DNA from: Tubiluchus corallicola | Lineage: Eukaryota; Animalia; Priapulida | Direction of reading: 5' to 3' | DNA: 64,000 bases | NCBI GenBank assembly: GCA_030141605.1 | Contig: JAQGDQ010000359.1 | Span: 62,001-126,000 of the forward strand | In this document: positions 40,401 through 53,600 of the stretch, in pieces | Layout: every line of letters begins with the position of its first letter | Position numbering within the stretch: position 1 is the first letter of the stretch | Notes under the pieces: generated by a model | Databases searched by the model: none | Told to the model about the DNA's origin: nothing | What the model saw: only the letters and a program-made list of their open reading frames with translations | Translations under genes and position numbers: made by a program

Positions 40401-43400
40401 AAAATGTTGGGTTAACTTGAATTATAACGCAAAAACACCTTAGTTGTGTACACGATATGCAAAGCTTTAATTATCAAAATCAGGACCTTTCTCAATTTAA
40501 TTTAACAATTAGTGCACCTCTTGTTCAACAAAATTATTACTATTCCTGTTGTGCTCAAACCTGTGAATCAAATCTACTACTTCTTAGATGAAAAGTAACC
40601 ATTCTACCACTGATTTGTTCTGATTAGAAAATTTATTTTAATAATGTTAGGTGGGACAGTAACATAATAAAATTGCGTCTAAAGGCTTTGTGTCTGAGTT
40701 TGTACGAAGTCTGTTAAGAGGCAATCACAAATCTGTTCTACCTAATAACTTTACTTTAGAATAATGTTGAGGGACAGTAACACAGTAAAACTGTATCTAA
40801 ACTTTCTAAAGGCTCCGTATCATAGTTTCTGCAACATCTACTAAGATACAATCATTGTTCTGCTCTGCCTAGTAAGCTTACTTTACAATAATGTTGGGGG
40901 ACAGTAACACAAAAAATTGTACCTAAAGGTACCGCATCATAGTTTACGTGAAATCTATCGAAAGGAAATTAAAGGAAAAGAAGACGTACGAGTTCAATTC
41001 AATTGTGAAGGAAAAGCATATTGTTTACGTAATTTTCACAATTTTTGCCAAATTCAATAAAAACTATACAGAAATGGCTTATTTTTGAGAACATATTACA
41101 ACAAATCAACCATTTAGAACCCTTACTGCACGTGTTCACGAAAGCAACTCATCAGCACTACAAAGTGTTATTATAAAACCACTACTAGTGCAGCCAATAG
41201 TGAAACTCACCTACATTCACCAACCATTAAGTACGGACATAAGAGATCATCATTAGATTTTTCTTTACTACTTTTCTTTGACGTTGATTTACTTGTGTTT
41301 CCGCCACCAATGACAGCTTCAGTGTAGGACTTTTGTGAACCTAATAAGCGAGTTAAATATATTTTACTATGCAGCACTAGTTAAGCAACAAGAATTTTTA
41401 CTTGCTAACAATAAACTTTTCAGTTGCTACCATATTCAGACATGTCGTATACTGCTAAGTAATGCCATGCCTCAGCGTGAGATAACAAGTCTCACAAACA
41501 ACATGAAAGGTGTTTTATGTCAGTCATGTAGTCAGCATTAGTTAATACGTGGTGATAAGAAAACAACACTATATTGTATTTCGCTTTCACGTTAGGCACA
41601 AAAAAGCGAACTTAAAATGATCAAACAGTGACTTAGTAACAAAAGCCAAATCAGTTAACTTGCAGGTTCAATTACTTAAAGTATTTTGTGTAACAATTTC
41701 CCACGGTTGGGTTATTACTGGTTTACCAAAGTTCTTAGCTGTATTTGTCCTGAAACCTAACCATTCTATACACTGCTACATTCCTGTCTTAGTAATCTGA
41801 GTGGAATCATTACAAATCATACACGTACAGTAAATGTGTAGCTGCTATTAAACGTAGGTTTACAGTACTAAGTAATTTAATGTTTTTAGTAAACGTTTAT
41901 CATTAAAGTTTTTGTGATCTCTCATTTAACGCTTGCTAACCCAAACAAAGTGCAATAGTATGAAATTAGTATACTTAACTACACTAGCAAAACAGGTACT
42001 GAAATGTAATACTAAAAAGGTAATAAACAAATTTTTTAGTTAGCATTGATTTTGTAATCGAAACAACACACTCAATTTTATTGATTTAGACATCATTTTC
42101 CGTTAAACAGTGAATTGTGCACAGAGTATACAATAATGGGGTATGCATTTGTGAGAAATTGATTCTCTTGTCCAAAAGTTGTAGCCAAAAACCTACTGGC
42201 CAGATAACTGAGAAATGGTTGTACATGAGACAGAACTCGGAAAATTTTTCTTTCGCTTAATTAAATAACAATAAAAAACATGTTTAAAGAACATTAAAAA
42301 GCCAAATAAATGTCATGTTGTTTTATGTTTTACTTATGACCAAGAAAATGTTTGACATTTCACTTAATATAAAATCTCTTTATTCAACAGTTCCCTTCTT
42401 GGTACGATTTCCCCTCTTGCACAATTCTCGTGCAGAAATACAATTCATCTTGACCTACATTCCTGCGAAATCCCACTTTACAGACCCTCAAAAGAACAAC
42501 ACTATGAACTCCTTAGACCTTGATTGTGGGAAGTCAGCATTGCACTAACCATTTAAAAATAACTGTACTTGTGACTGGTAAACAGTGCTGATAGCTCCTA
42601 AACAAAACAGCTATCCTTCCATCAAATCTCATAACCATTCACCATCAAGCTACAGAACTGCAAGTTTCATCCCTTTTTTGCAATCATTTTACAATATCAC
42701 ATATGGCTGAGGCATGGCAAAACACACACGGTCACTTAGTTATAAATTACAACATAATTACATAATGTATTACCTGCAGTTTTGTATGGCTGCCCTGGAA
42801 CAAACTCGGCTGCATTTACCCACTCCGAGGGCGGCGGAGTTGCTATTATCACAGGAGGAGTAGGAGGACAGTCATCGCCAATTCCACTGTCCGAGGAATT
42901 TTCTTGCTTCTTTAGTGTTGCTAGGCGTGAGGAATTTGGTAGGCAATCAGACGACTGACTCGGGGCTGGTCGGGTCCCGTTTGTGACTCTTGATGATTTC
43001 GTGTGATCATACCTGCAATATCAAAATGTAGAAATAAGAAAATTTTCAAATCTCCAAAATGTACAAGCACTGGATAGCAAATCATACTTCAAAAATGCAG
43101 AAAAATGGCTGGCCTAAATCACTGTCAAAAACATAGTAATTTCAACAAGAATTCAAAAGCAAGTTGCATAACTGGTGACATTTCAATTAGATTTGAGATA
43201 CTAATGTTGTTAACAATTTTCTACAGTTATAATAAAAACCTGGTGCAACTGTATTATGAATCAAATACTTGTAGCCAAGGACTACACAATTACATCTGTT
43301 TTGCCAAACCTTTAACATCAACAGACTTGAGCACTTGAGACAAGTTCCATCACTTGATCGTCACAACATAATATTAATTTATTTTACAGTCCGATGATGC

Positions 43401-44766
43401 CAAAACGTTAACAAAAACAACATGCATGTTTTGCTCTAAGTAAATGTAGAGCGACTGAACATAGTGCACGCAAGAAAATGGAAAGTTTCTTGAACCAAAA
43501 TTCACAAGGCATTTTAGAAAATTCAACTGCATGAGGCACCCTAAAACTACAAAAAATATGTAGAAATGTTGTTTCGTGTAAATTACTAACTCGTTCACAA
43601 AATCGTCTTTCGTATACATCAGAAGCTAAAAATTGCCACAACACAATACCTGCACCGATCTCCATATGAACACATTCCACGTTGGTAATACTTGCACACC
43701 ATAGATGGTTTGCACTGTAAATCATGTGAGAATCGACAGCTTTCTCCTTCACGACATTGATTATGCATAAAATAGCTAAAACAATGAAATTAATACGAAA
43801 TTTAAAACAAATATTATAATATAATATACTGGACAGCCAGCCTTAGTAATTCAAACCTGGCATCAAATTATACAAAATCTACAAATTCTTAGCAGTGATT
43901 AACATTATAGGAATTTCAGTCACAATACTGCAAGCAATATTGAAAATTACAATCTGTTGAAGGAAAAAGATTACATTTTTATTTAAGTTAACCTTTGAGC
44001 TTGAAATACATAATTATGATACGCTGTATGATGATAGCTGTATTTTTAACAGAAATGTAACACAATTTTTAAATGAAATAAATTACATTTTTATTTAAGT
44101 TAATCTTTGAGCTGGAAATACATAATTATGACACTCTGTATGATAGTAGCTGTATCTTTAACAGAAGCATAACACAATTTCAAGTGAAAATTACAATCCA
44201 TGTAAATTCAGAAAATACACTTTGCAGAAGTCTCCACGTATGTCGATCTCATTGGGGCAACTATGCCCCTCTACTGAGAACTCTAACGTATTACTGATAA
44301 ATTTTCTTGTGGACTTGGATATGTGTTATGAGTATTGGGCTTAATTCTATAATAACGAAGTAACTCAGCAATAATCCAAGTAAGTGCATAGGTCTAAAAC
44401 AAATTATAAACTAGTTAGATGACATTTTCATCTTCATACTGACATACTACTTAACATCGCTATACAACACCACTGTTTATTGTTAAAATCACTGTTCTTA
44501 ATCTAAGTATAAAGGCTGAACTCTACCAAAAACCAACCACTTATTAGGACTAAATTTCGATTTCAAATGTTTGTCAAAAGTCATTAAGTTCAATCTATTA
44601 GTAATTCACTTGAAATGGGGTGAACACTTAAATTTAAAAACCGAGCACTTAGTTTTTATCTATCCTTACAACTACTAACACTACAAAGGTGATCAACTCA
44701 CCGACACAGCACAGTAGAAGTATTTAAACTGGGGAGTCCACTATTTGCAAAACCAGCCTCCGCCAT
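37488..44766 (-). CDS. MKRN1: Makorin (MKRN1-like) RING-finger E3 ubiquitin ligase / CCCH RNA-binding protein, 432 aa
   Basis: Nine GT-AG exons: 44702-44766, 43650-43775, 42774-43012, 41211-41340, 39957-40059, 39484-39698, 38828-38938, 38425-38559, 37488-37662 (1299 nt incl. TAG). N-terminal CCCH fingers ([38 protein letters not shown]), PAM2-like [13 protein letters not shown], third CCCH, Cys-His motif ([11 protein letters not shown]), C3HC4 RING (CGICME...[21 protein letters not shown]...ACPECR), C-terminal CCCH ([21 protein letters not shown]), acidic tail. Confidence 0.95.
40641..40965. repeat. ~120-127-bp diverged tandem repeat, ~2.6 copies, makorin intron 4
   Basis: ataatgttg..gggacagtaaca...ctaaagg at 40641, 40761, ~40888. 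Confidence 0.8.
43971..44195. repeat. 112-bp tandem duplication, makorin intron 1
   Basis: ttacatttttatttaagttaa.ctttgagct.gaaatacataattatga...tagctgtat...aacacaattt twice (43971, 44083). Confidence 0.88.
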
Positions 44767-44798
44767 TTTTCAGTGTTTATCCCATCCCAGAATGCAAT
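44760..44798. promoter_or_regulatory. Makorin core-promoter motifs: YY1-like CCGCCATTTT over the ATG, ZNF143/Staf-like TCCCAGAATGCA
   Basis: ccgccatttt 44760-44769; tcccagaatgca 44785-44796; both are typical of housekeeping promoters. Confidence 0.45.
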
Positions 44799-45761
44799 TC
44801 TACGGTGACATAATTTATCAAGCACCTGATTCGTCGCCAAGTTTCGTCGATAATTTCTAGCTCACCTGACAAATCGATCGATTGACAACACGTTCACCCA
44901 CTTCACTGCTGCCTTATCATAATTAATACAACAGGTCAGGTTCAGGCTTTCAGTTGCTTTTCATGGCCAGGTTACATTGTTCAATGTTGCAAATAATGTT
45001 ACAGTTTTAGAAGCAAAATATGCAAATCATTCCAGATTAAGTCTATTCATAAGTTATCAGACTGCCATCTAATTCATTCATTCTATTATTAAAACTAGTA
45101 TAATTTCATGGGCTAAAAAGTAGCAGGTTAGTAACAATGGTAAAAGGTAGTGATAGTGACTAGTGAGCCTGCAATTTTATTTAGTAATTCATTTCATGAG
45201 TTTGCTGTTGCAGTTTTTTTCTAGCTGACATACGATTGGCTTCAATGGTAATAAAATTGTTTTTGTATTTTTATTAAACAGCCAACTCTTAATTCTTAAT
45301 AGTCTATTAATTCCTCACAGACAATTATTAAACGAAAATTAATATTTATAAAATGTCTATCTTAACTTTTATCTTAAATATAAAATAGCATGGTTAAAAT
45401 TCCCACCAAAATTGTTGCAATGATATAAATTCGTAACCATTCCTCAAATTTATCATTAATAGAATATCATTTTGCATCATTTAATACTTTTTAAAATATG
45501 TAACAACGACAGAGCAGGCAGCAGTTATACAAATCACCAAATTTTCTTTCAACATGCTGATACCCAAGGATGATGTTTACGACAACACTGTAACGTTCGT
45601 GTGAGTGGTCACCGGATCAGTACTTGCTGCCGATAGCTTCGTATTAGTCAGTACTTGCTGCTGAGAGCTTTGTATTGTAACTTTTTAAGGTGTGAATGAA
45701 AACCAAACTTACACAAAAAAAACTACTGAACAGCGACTGTTGGAATACATGGTATGCAGTA

Positions 45762-45767
45762 TTTATT
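45762..45767 (-). terminator. Candidate Rab GDI polyadenylation signal (AATAAA), implying a ~1.9-kb 3' UTR
   Basis: tttatt on + strand, with a minus-strand TTTTTTTTGTGT downstream element at ~45711-45722. Confidence 0.45.
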
Positions 45768-47667
45768 TCACAATGCTATTCAAAAGAAGCTTGCACTAGT
45801 GACAACGTTCTCAGCATTGCCGAATGACACAAATAATTAACCCAAGTACTCGACCTTATCGTTATTCGTAATATTAATCAATAATAATTAGTAAACAATA
45901 ACGGAATGACGTTTCCTCATCTCAACAACATCTTAAACAATGGTTAGCTAGTCACAACTCCAGGGAATCCAACACAAACATGTTTACAATGCACATATTG
46001 AACAGAAAAGAAAATACCAGTGTTGCAAAATACGATGGCAGAATCTACTACGTCAACATAGCAAATCTGCAAAAGATTGATAATTTCAATGACAAATCCA
46101 GAACACTTTACTAGACTTAAGATTTCAAGTATTTTGTCTGCCACGTAAAGTGACATTACAATGTATTCAAAATGGTTGTTAACTAATTATTTATAAACAA
46201 ATAAACAAAGCAAGTCTAACACAAACAGTTCTTCGATGCATGTATTGACTAGGCAAGATAAATTCAGTTGTAATAATCATTGTCACTGATCAACTCATCA
46301 GTGACACAGTTTTTAGGTACCTCGTTAAGTGTGATAATCAGATTTACTGAGAAAGGGACAACTGCTGTACAGGTATATGGTACTTCAGAAATTCATACAT
46401 GTAAACTGATGAAACATTTTATTAATAGTTTTGACAGAAGTATCAAAAAAACATTAATGATGTAAAAGAAAACCTAAGAACAGATGACAGGAAATATATG
46501 AATCGGTCATGAGAAGGGCTCCAAATCAGTAAGATTTTCATTGTCTCTGCGACCTTGTTTATAATACCACTTTTGAGAATTGCATGTATATTTGCAATAC
46601 CAACTATGTCAAAATAGCAAACATACACGAAGACAGTTCATTAACCTATGAGACATGTAAGTATGAGACAAATTATGAGACAGCTGCATGTCATAGCTAA
46701 GATTAATTGGTGTTATAAAGTTACTAATCATATAATGACACTGGTAACAATTGCCTTAGATCCCACAATGCTGCACTGGTAGATAGCTTAAAATAGACTA
46801 ACACACACGTAAGTACATGACAATATCTTGCCGGAGGGTTTAATGCACATAACATTTACTTTTACTATAAAATAAGCAAAATCTTCAATATTTATCAATA
46901 CGGAAGCACTCGCAAACACCAGAGATACACTAATCGCTTACAACACCAAATATATGAACATCATTCCATTTCAAATATTCAATACAACTGCTATACAAAC
47001 GGCTTTATATTTTACTGTGCGCAGAATACATCGACTTGACCTCATGTTCACGAAACTATAATTAGTAAACTATGAAATGTATTTGATGCAAAAGCAGTTA
47101 CCAGTAACTTTGGATGTACTCTGGTGCATTTGGTTAATACCATAAGAACAAGACTAGACAAAGAGACTCCCAAACAATGCAAGTTCTGCATATAAATAAC
47201 TAAATTAGAAAGATAATCTAGTGAGCCCCAACACTGGCAGATACCATTTCGCATGCAGTAATGGTATACGACAGTGAATATGACAGTGGTATTTAATTGT
47301 AAGAGAACTATTTTACAGTTTACAACTAGTACGGTTGAATTAATATGCTATAATTATTAATATACATGTTTTACCGGAATGCACAACATCACACAACTAA
47401 AAGCATAAGTTTTAGCTTTTCCAAAAAAAATTGTTATCTGAATATACTAATAGTAGATGTATGTGCCTAGATGGTACCCAACCAATGGACAACTATAGTT
47501 TTCACAAAGCGACAAACTGAGCAAGATTTAATCAACCACAAAACTTGTAATTCCTACATGATTAAAGAATGCCTGGAGTAACATTATAAATATCACACAA
47601 TTGTGTAACGAGGGGTGCAGATGTTAGAGTATTGTGCACCTTGCGTCATGTGAGAAAGGGCAAAGAA

Positions 47668-50600
47668 TTATTCCTGGTCCTCCTCGAGTGTGTGACGAAC
47701 TTTAGAGAAGTCGAAATCCTCTCCCATCGCTCGTCTATAGATATCTAATACATCCATACATGTTGTCTCAAAATGAGTTGTTGCATCGAACGACTTTGAT
47801 ATAAATACCTACATGCAGAAAAAAGCAGGTAAGTCTACATTTATTACGGAAAAAATTGTATGCTAAATATTGCTCTCCCCCCTCTCTCTCTCTCTCTGTC
47901 TCTCTCATGTTTTACAGGCATGCTAAAATATGTATAAACAAAATTCTCTTGAAATATCATATCCTATTTAATAAACTATTTTCAAAATTGAAATTGCCAC
48001 AAATATAAGCTGCAATTACTTAAAATAACTGTTACCTGACTTTCTTTACCATCTTCGGCTGGTTCTAGAATGTCGCTAACAGAGAAAAACCTGTAACAGA
48101 TAAAAAATAGTTGCAAAAAATGCTATACTACACCAAGATGACTGATAACAATCACAAGTTAATTCTAAGCAAGCAATCTTTTTCCCAGAAATATATATCT
48201 GTATCAAAGATGATGATAAGTAGTACTACTATAGCAGTATGATCACAAGTTGTCAATTTAAACTACAACTTTGTCAACTACAACAAGCAAAATGGTGTGT
48301 TTCTCAATCATGTTTCATTCAAGCAAAGTTTCCACATATGCAGCACTTGTAACTGTATTTTCATCTTTAAATAATCTATTGTGCAAACAAACTGTGCCAT
48401 AACTCATAACTACAAGCAATCTAGTGTTAAAAGCATAGACCCAAGTACATCACAGTTGACTGCTTGCAACTCTTTCAACTTTCGCACAGAATACATATTA
48501 CAAGATAGTAAAGAACACGTATTGCGAGCAGAACAAAATATTTTTTAAAGTAACTCTTCACTGGATAGCTCAGCTCAAACATTTTTGTTGAGACAGAAAT
48601 CTTACTTTTCCTCTATAGGTCCTAGCAGATCAATTCCTGGCTGCAATTCAGCTTCAGGGTTGTTCGTTTCAACAGTTGTGCTCACCATAGCAACAAACCA
48701 ACCTTTTGCTGCCACCTGGTGGCTATATGATACTGCAGCAACATAGATGTCTAAAAATACAATTAATTAATGTAAATCAACAATACCAGACAGAATGAAA
48801 ATAACTTCAAATATTAACTAGAAAACAGATAAGAAGCAATTTCAGCAAAATGTCAATAAAACTAAGTTAGCCAATACTGATACTTTTAAGTTTGGTAAAA
48901 GTTCAGGCAAATAGACCACACATTAAGTTATGAAAAATAGAATATGGGAATCTTTTAAAGGAAGAACCAACCTTTGAACAAAACTTATTGCATTTTAATA
49001 TACAATTAAAAACATTGAATTCACCACACAATATATGCGCATAGAATGTTTTGCCTAAAATGTAAAAGAAATTTAAATATTTTTATCTCCTGCTAAACAA
49101 ACGTCGCTACCGGCATATTTGAAAAAAATGACGAAAACTGGTGGCTGGTGTACAGCGTGAATGCAGTGAAGGCAAGCTGTGGTAAAGGTACACATTGTAA
49201 AATTTCTACAGTTCACTCAGAAGTTCCGTTATTCTAGCATTATATTTAACTGTGTTTATGTAAAAATTAGTCATTATGACCAAATTTAAAGCGGTTACAT
49301 AGCTTTAATCCACAGGATTATACCGTAAAATGTGTAAAAAGTGTACATTAATTGTGTAAGTGTAATTAATTTATAGATTTTTGCAGGTTTTCAGGTATGC
49401 ACATAAACTTGCGAGCATATAGTAGGTACCGGGTGGGTTACAAATCTAAAAAAGATTACTGAAGCACCTGGCAGAGCAAGTGTTTATATTGCACGGAAAC
49501 CAGATGACAACATGTTTCGTTCAAAATGAGTGCACACAAGTGTGAAGCGTTCGCGACTTTAAATCAATTTTGTTGATTACACGAGGTTCTTATCACAGTT
49601 TTATTGCTGAAACTTTCTAACGTTTTTGTCAAATATTAAAATAAGCTGAACTTCCCGAGTTACCGAGTTCCCGAGTAAGCCAATCTAAGGCTACCATACA
49701 AAGAGGCTTTAAAAGCTAGTCTGTAGCTTAAATAGTTAAACATTTTTATGTTCGTATGTATTATTGAAAGGTTACATAATAGTACCTCAAATGTTGCTAA
49801 TAATATCACTAGATGAAAACAACTGCAAAACTGTAAATTATAGTTTGCTAATGTTTTACAATTACTGGTTACATAAATTAGATGTTTAAGACTGCATTCA
49901 ACTATATAACATGGTATCCACAGCCCACAAATACAATTTCATATGCACATTATTAAAGCTCTAGGAACTTTATACCTGAGTGTCTACCAAGCTGGTGTTG
50001 AGGAATGATTATTTGACATGAGAGCGAATCCTTGGTGTTCGGAACCGGGTGATTCAACAAGCAAATACAGCGTGCAACCTGAAATAAAGAACAAAAGAAA
50101 GCTACAAACAGTGCTATGCATAACAAACTACAACGAAAGCTACAACTTTGGATAGCTATAAGCAAAGGCTGCCTCAAATGATCCAAAAGTGTGTATGAAT
50201 AGAAGACACTAGATGAACAGAAGGAACTGAATCAAAGTAGATGAAATGAAGACAAGTCAAGTTTCTCACAAGGAATAAGAAATGAAATCTATTTAAACTT
50301 GAGAAATTACAAGCAACGGAATGAAAATATCGGTACAATATTATCAAAAGGTTAAGCTACTTTTTTGATACAAAACAATAGTTGTTTTGCTTTGACTGTT
50401 TATCAGTGTTGCTTCAAAAAAGATTATTGACAGAAATAAAAACCTCTGCTTTGCCAATTGCAAGCAAATACAAAAAATATATTTAGTATTTCTATCTATA
50501 CAAGAAAGGCTATTTTTAATAAAAATTTAAGCAAAGTTCTTGAGATTCTTGCCCCTGACAGAACCAACACTTTCATTACTGAACAGAAAGCAGATAAAAG

Positions 50601-53600
50601 TCTTAGACATTCTACAGACTATTCACCTTTCCAGTTTTCTTAACTTTATCTGGCACATATGATGGATCACACACGACCATTTTACACTTTGCCACTTCAG
50701 ATCCAGATCGAACGCCAGTCACTTTACCACCCTCCATAACTAACTCATCCACTTGTTTATCCAACATGTAAGTGCCACCATAAATTGCACTTAGTCTAAA
50801 CAAAAATAATTATTAGGTGTTTTAGGCCATTAGGTCATTTTACTGTAAAGTGTAAAATACAAATTTTACTAATAGGAAATAAACAAAATATCAACAAAAC
50901 CTGATGGAATAAACCAACAATTCTGAATTTATCAAACCTAAGTTGCTCAAAAAACAAAAAAGTTGAAAACTTAACAACCTGATTTGAACCACGTACCTCA
51001 CCTACAATGCAAACATGATTCAATGATCACAGTAAGTCCTTGTTCATTACTTACAAGTGACCAACCAATTCACAACTTTCAAGGTTATTTACTCATGCTA
51101 AAGTAATTACTAACTAGTAAGATTAATTTTTTCAATTATGGTAAAAGTTAAAGTAATCTGTGCATAATTATTCATAACCTTTATTGTAGCATAATTATTA
51201 ATGATATTGTTGATTTGTCTTAATGACTATTAAGATTTAATAGATTAATTTATTAATGAAACCTACCTGGCAAATCCTTGAGGCAATTCTCCCAAACCAT
51301 AAAGAGGGTACAGATATGGTGTCTTGCCATACCTTGCCAGAGAATCACTGTAGAGCTTAATTCGATTGATAGTCTCTATACATGGTTTGTTAACATATCT
51401 AAAAAATCATATGTAAATTTAAGACAAAGTTAATATTAGCGATATCGCTGCTGCAACAACAGTTAAAAATTGCCTAAGTTACTTCAGGTAATTCTCTAGT
51501 TAAATTGTTATGTTTTCCAAAGAGATGCCACCATTTTATTATGACTTACCTTGTTACCAGTCAAAGATCACAAAAACAGTAATTAGAATATTTTTACATA
51601 TTAACTTTAATTTTAAACTATTAAATTACTAGACTGTGACTATTCAAGTAACTGACTAAACCAAAGTAACAAATGATGTAAAACATTGCAATGATTTGCT
51701 GTTAAAATTGTTCCTGTAAACTACTTTTATGCTTCCAGTTTGTTTCTATTTATTCAAGAATGTTTTAATTTTTTTTACCTAAGACTTAATCTTTAACACT
51801 TGACTAGTGTTGATGAAGTTAACATAGTCACTAATCATCAAACTGCTTGCAAATAAAAATAGATTAAAAAAGATGAAAAATTTTGCTCCATCAACTAGAG
51901 TTGAACCTGGATTTTCTGTACTGTGAGCAACCACAAAAAACTATGTAATTTTATGTGTTCAGCAACTAAATCTATTCAGAAGATCATCACGCCAAGTGAT
52001 GCTTACTCATCATCCCTCCAAAGAGCAAGGGCGTGACCCGTAAAATCAGCCGTGTTCTGATCCAGACCGAACTTGTCATACAAATCTTTCATTGTACTCA
52101 TTTTAGGGTCAATCCCCTGGTATGTTGACGGATTGCTCTCATCAAAGTCCTGGACGTAGATCAGAAACTTCCTAAATCTCCTCTTTTCAAACATCCCCAT
52201 TAGATCTATAGATGAAAGAGATTTTTTAGGAGTTCACAGTCGCTATATTTTTTACAAAATAGGTTTGCACACAACAATTAAGCAAAAAAGAAAATGATCT
52301 TTAGTAAACATTCTGGATGTTGTGCAAAATGCTGCACAAAAAAGCAGTAGCTCACTACTTACAAGCAAAGTTATATTTGTGGCTAAATAATAACAAATTT
52401 TGTGACACTGCCAAATCTACACAAAAATTCTTAAAATTTTTTTACTTAAGTCTCAAAAAATCAGAATTGCTAAAACATACTTGTTGCCAAAGCTTCTTGT
52501 TCGTTCACCGGTACTTTATGCACTTTGCCAGGATGTTTGTATACATAACTACCCTCAACTGATTTAAATTCCAGATACCGGGTGACTCCAGTGTGAATTA
52601 ACAACTTCACCAATTGCCCTAGTAATATAGAAATGATTATATATGTGGTGCTACAGACAATGCATAAGAACTTGAAAAGGCAATGAAATAAAATATTTTT
52701 CAATGCGAAGAAGGTAAAACTTCACTTTAGCTAAACACACAAAAACCATTTAAATGAAAAAAATCAATAAAGCCAAATAGGACTATAATTGTTCTCAATT
52801 TTTAAATTTTTCTGGGAACATATATTAGTTGCAGGTACAAATCCAAAATAAGGATATAATAAAAAGTTTTTAAAATGTGGCAAAGCAAAAAATGCAGACG
52901 CTTCGAGTGAGCAAACACCCCAGCTACATATTACTTACTTTGACTAAAATAATCAGGTGATCAAATGATTAAATGGCTGCTCTGGGTAAAAAAAACTTCT
53001 AAATGAACAATTAGGCAAAAATACAAAACATTACACACAGGATCGTACAGAAACTAAATTTCATTTTGCAGAAAAATGATGAAGAAAAAATATTACTGTA
53101 ATAATCTACATAATATACAGCAGGTCATTTAATTTAAAAGAATTCTGTATAACTAAAACACTTTATAGTTAACTCTAAACTGTAAGAAGACACTTAGAAT
53201 GTTATTACCATTAGCCATAAGGAATTTTGGTATCAGATCCACATTCCAGTCTCTGCCTCGGCCGAGTGATTCTTTCAGTGTAGCGTTCTTGCCAAAGTGG
53301 GAATACAACTGTGAAACAAACAAAATCAATATGTAAATTTACATGAAACAGAAGACATGCTTAACTCTAGATCACTTTTTGTCTAAAAGGTGTTGAATAA
53401 AATCAGAAACAAATTTACACGTTCGCCATAGTTTGAAGATATGAATTGGTATTTTAAAAGCAAATACAGCAAAATAAGCAAATATTTGTAAAATATTTAA
53501 GACAGATGATTGTAAAGTGCCATCAATTAGGAATTTACATCTATTGCTAAATGTACTCACATCCTCTAATGGTGTAATCGATGCACTTTCCCCACCATAA

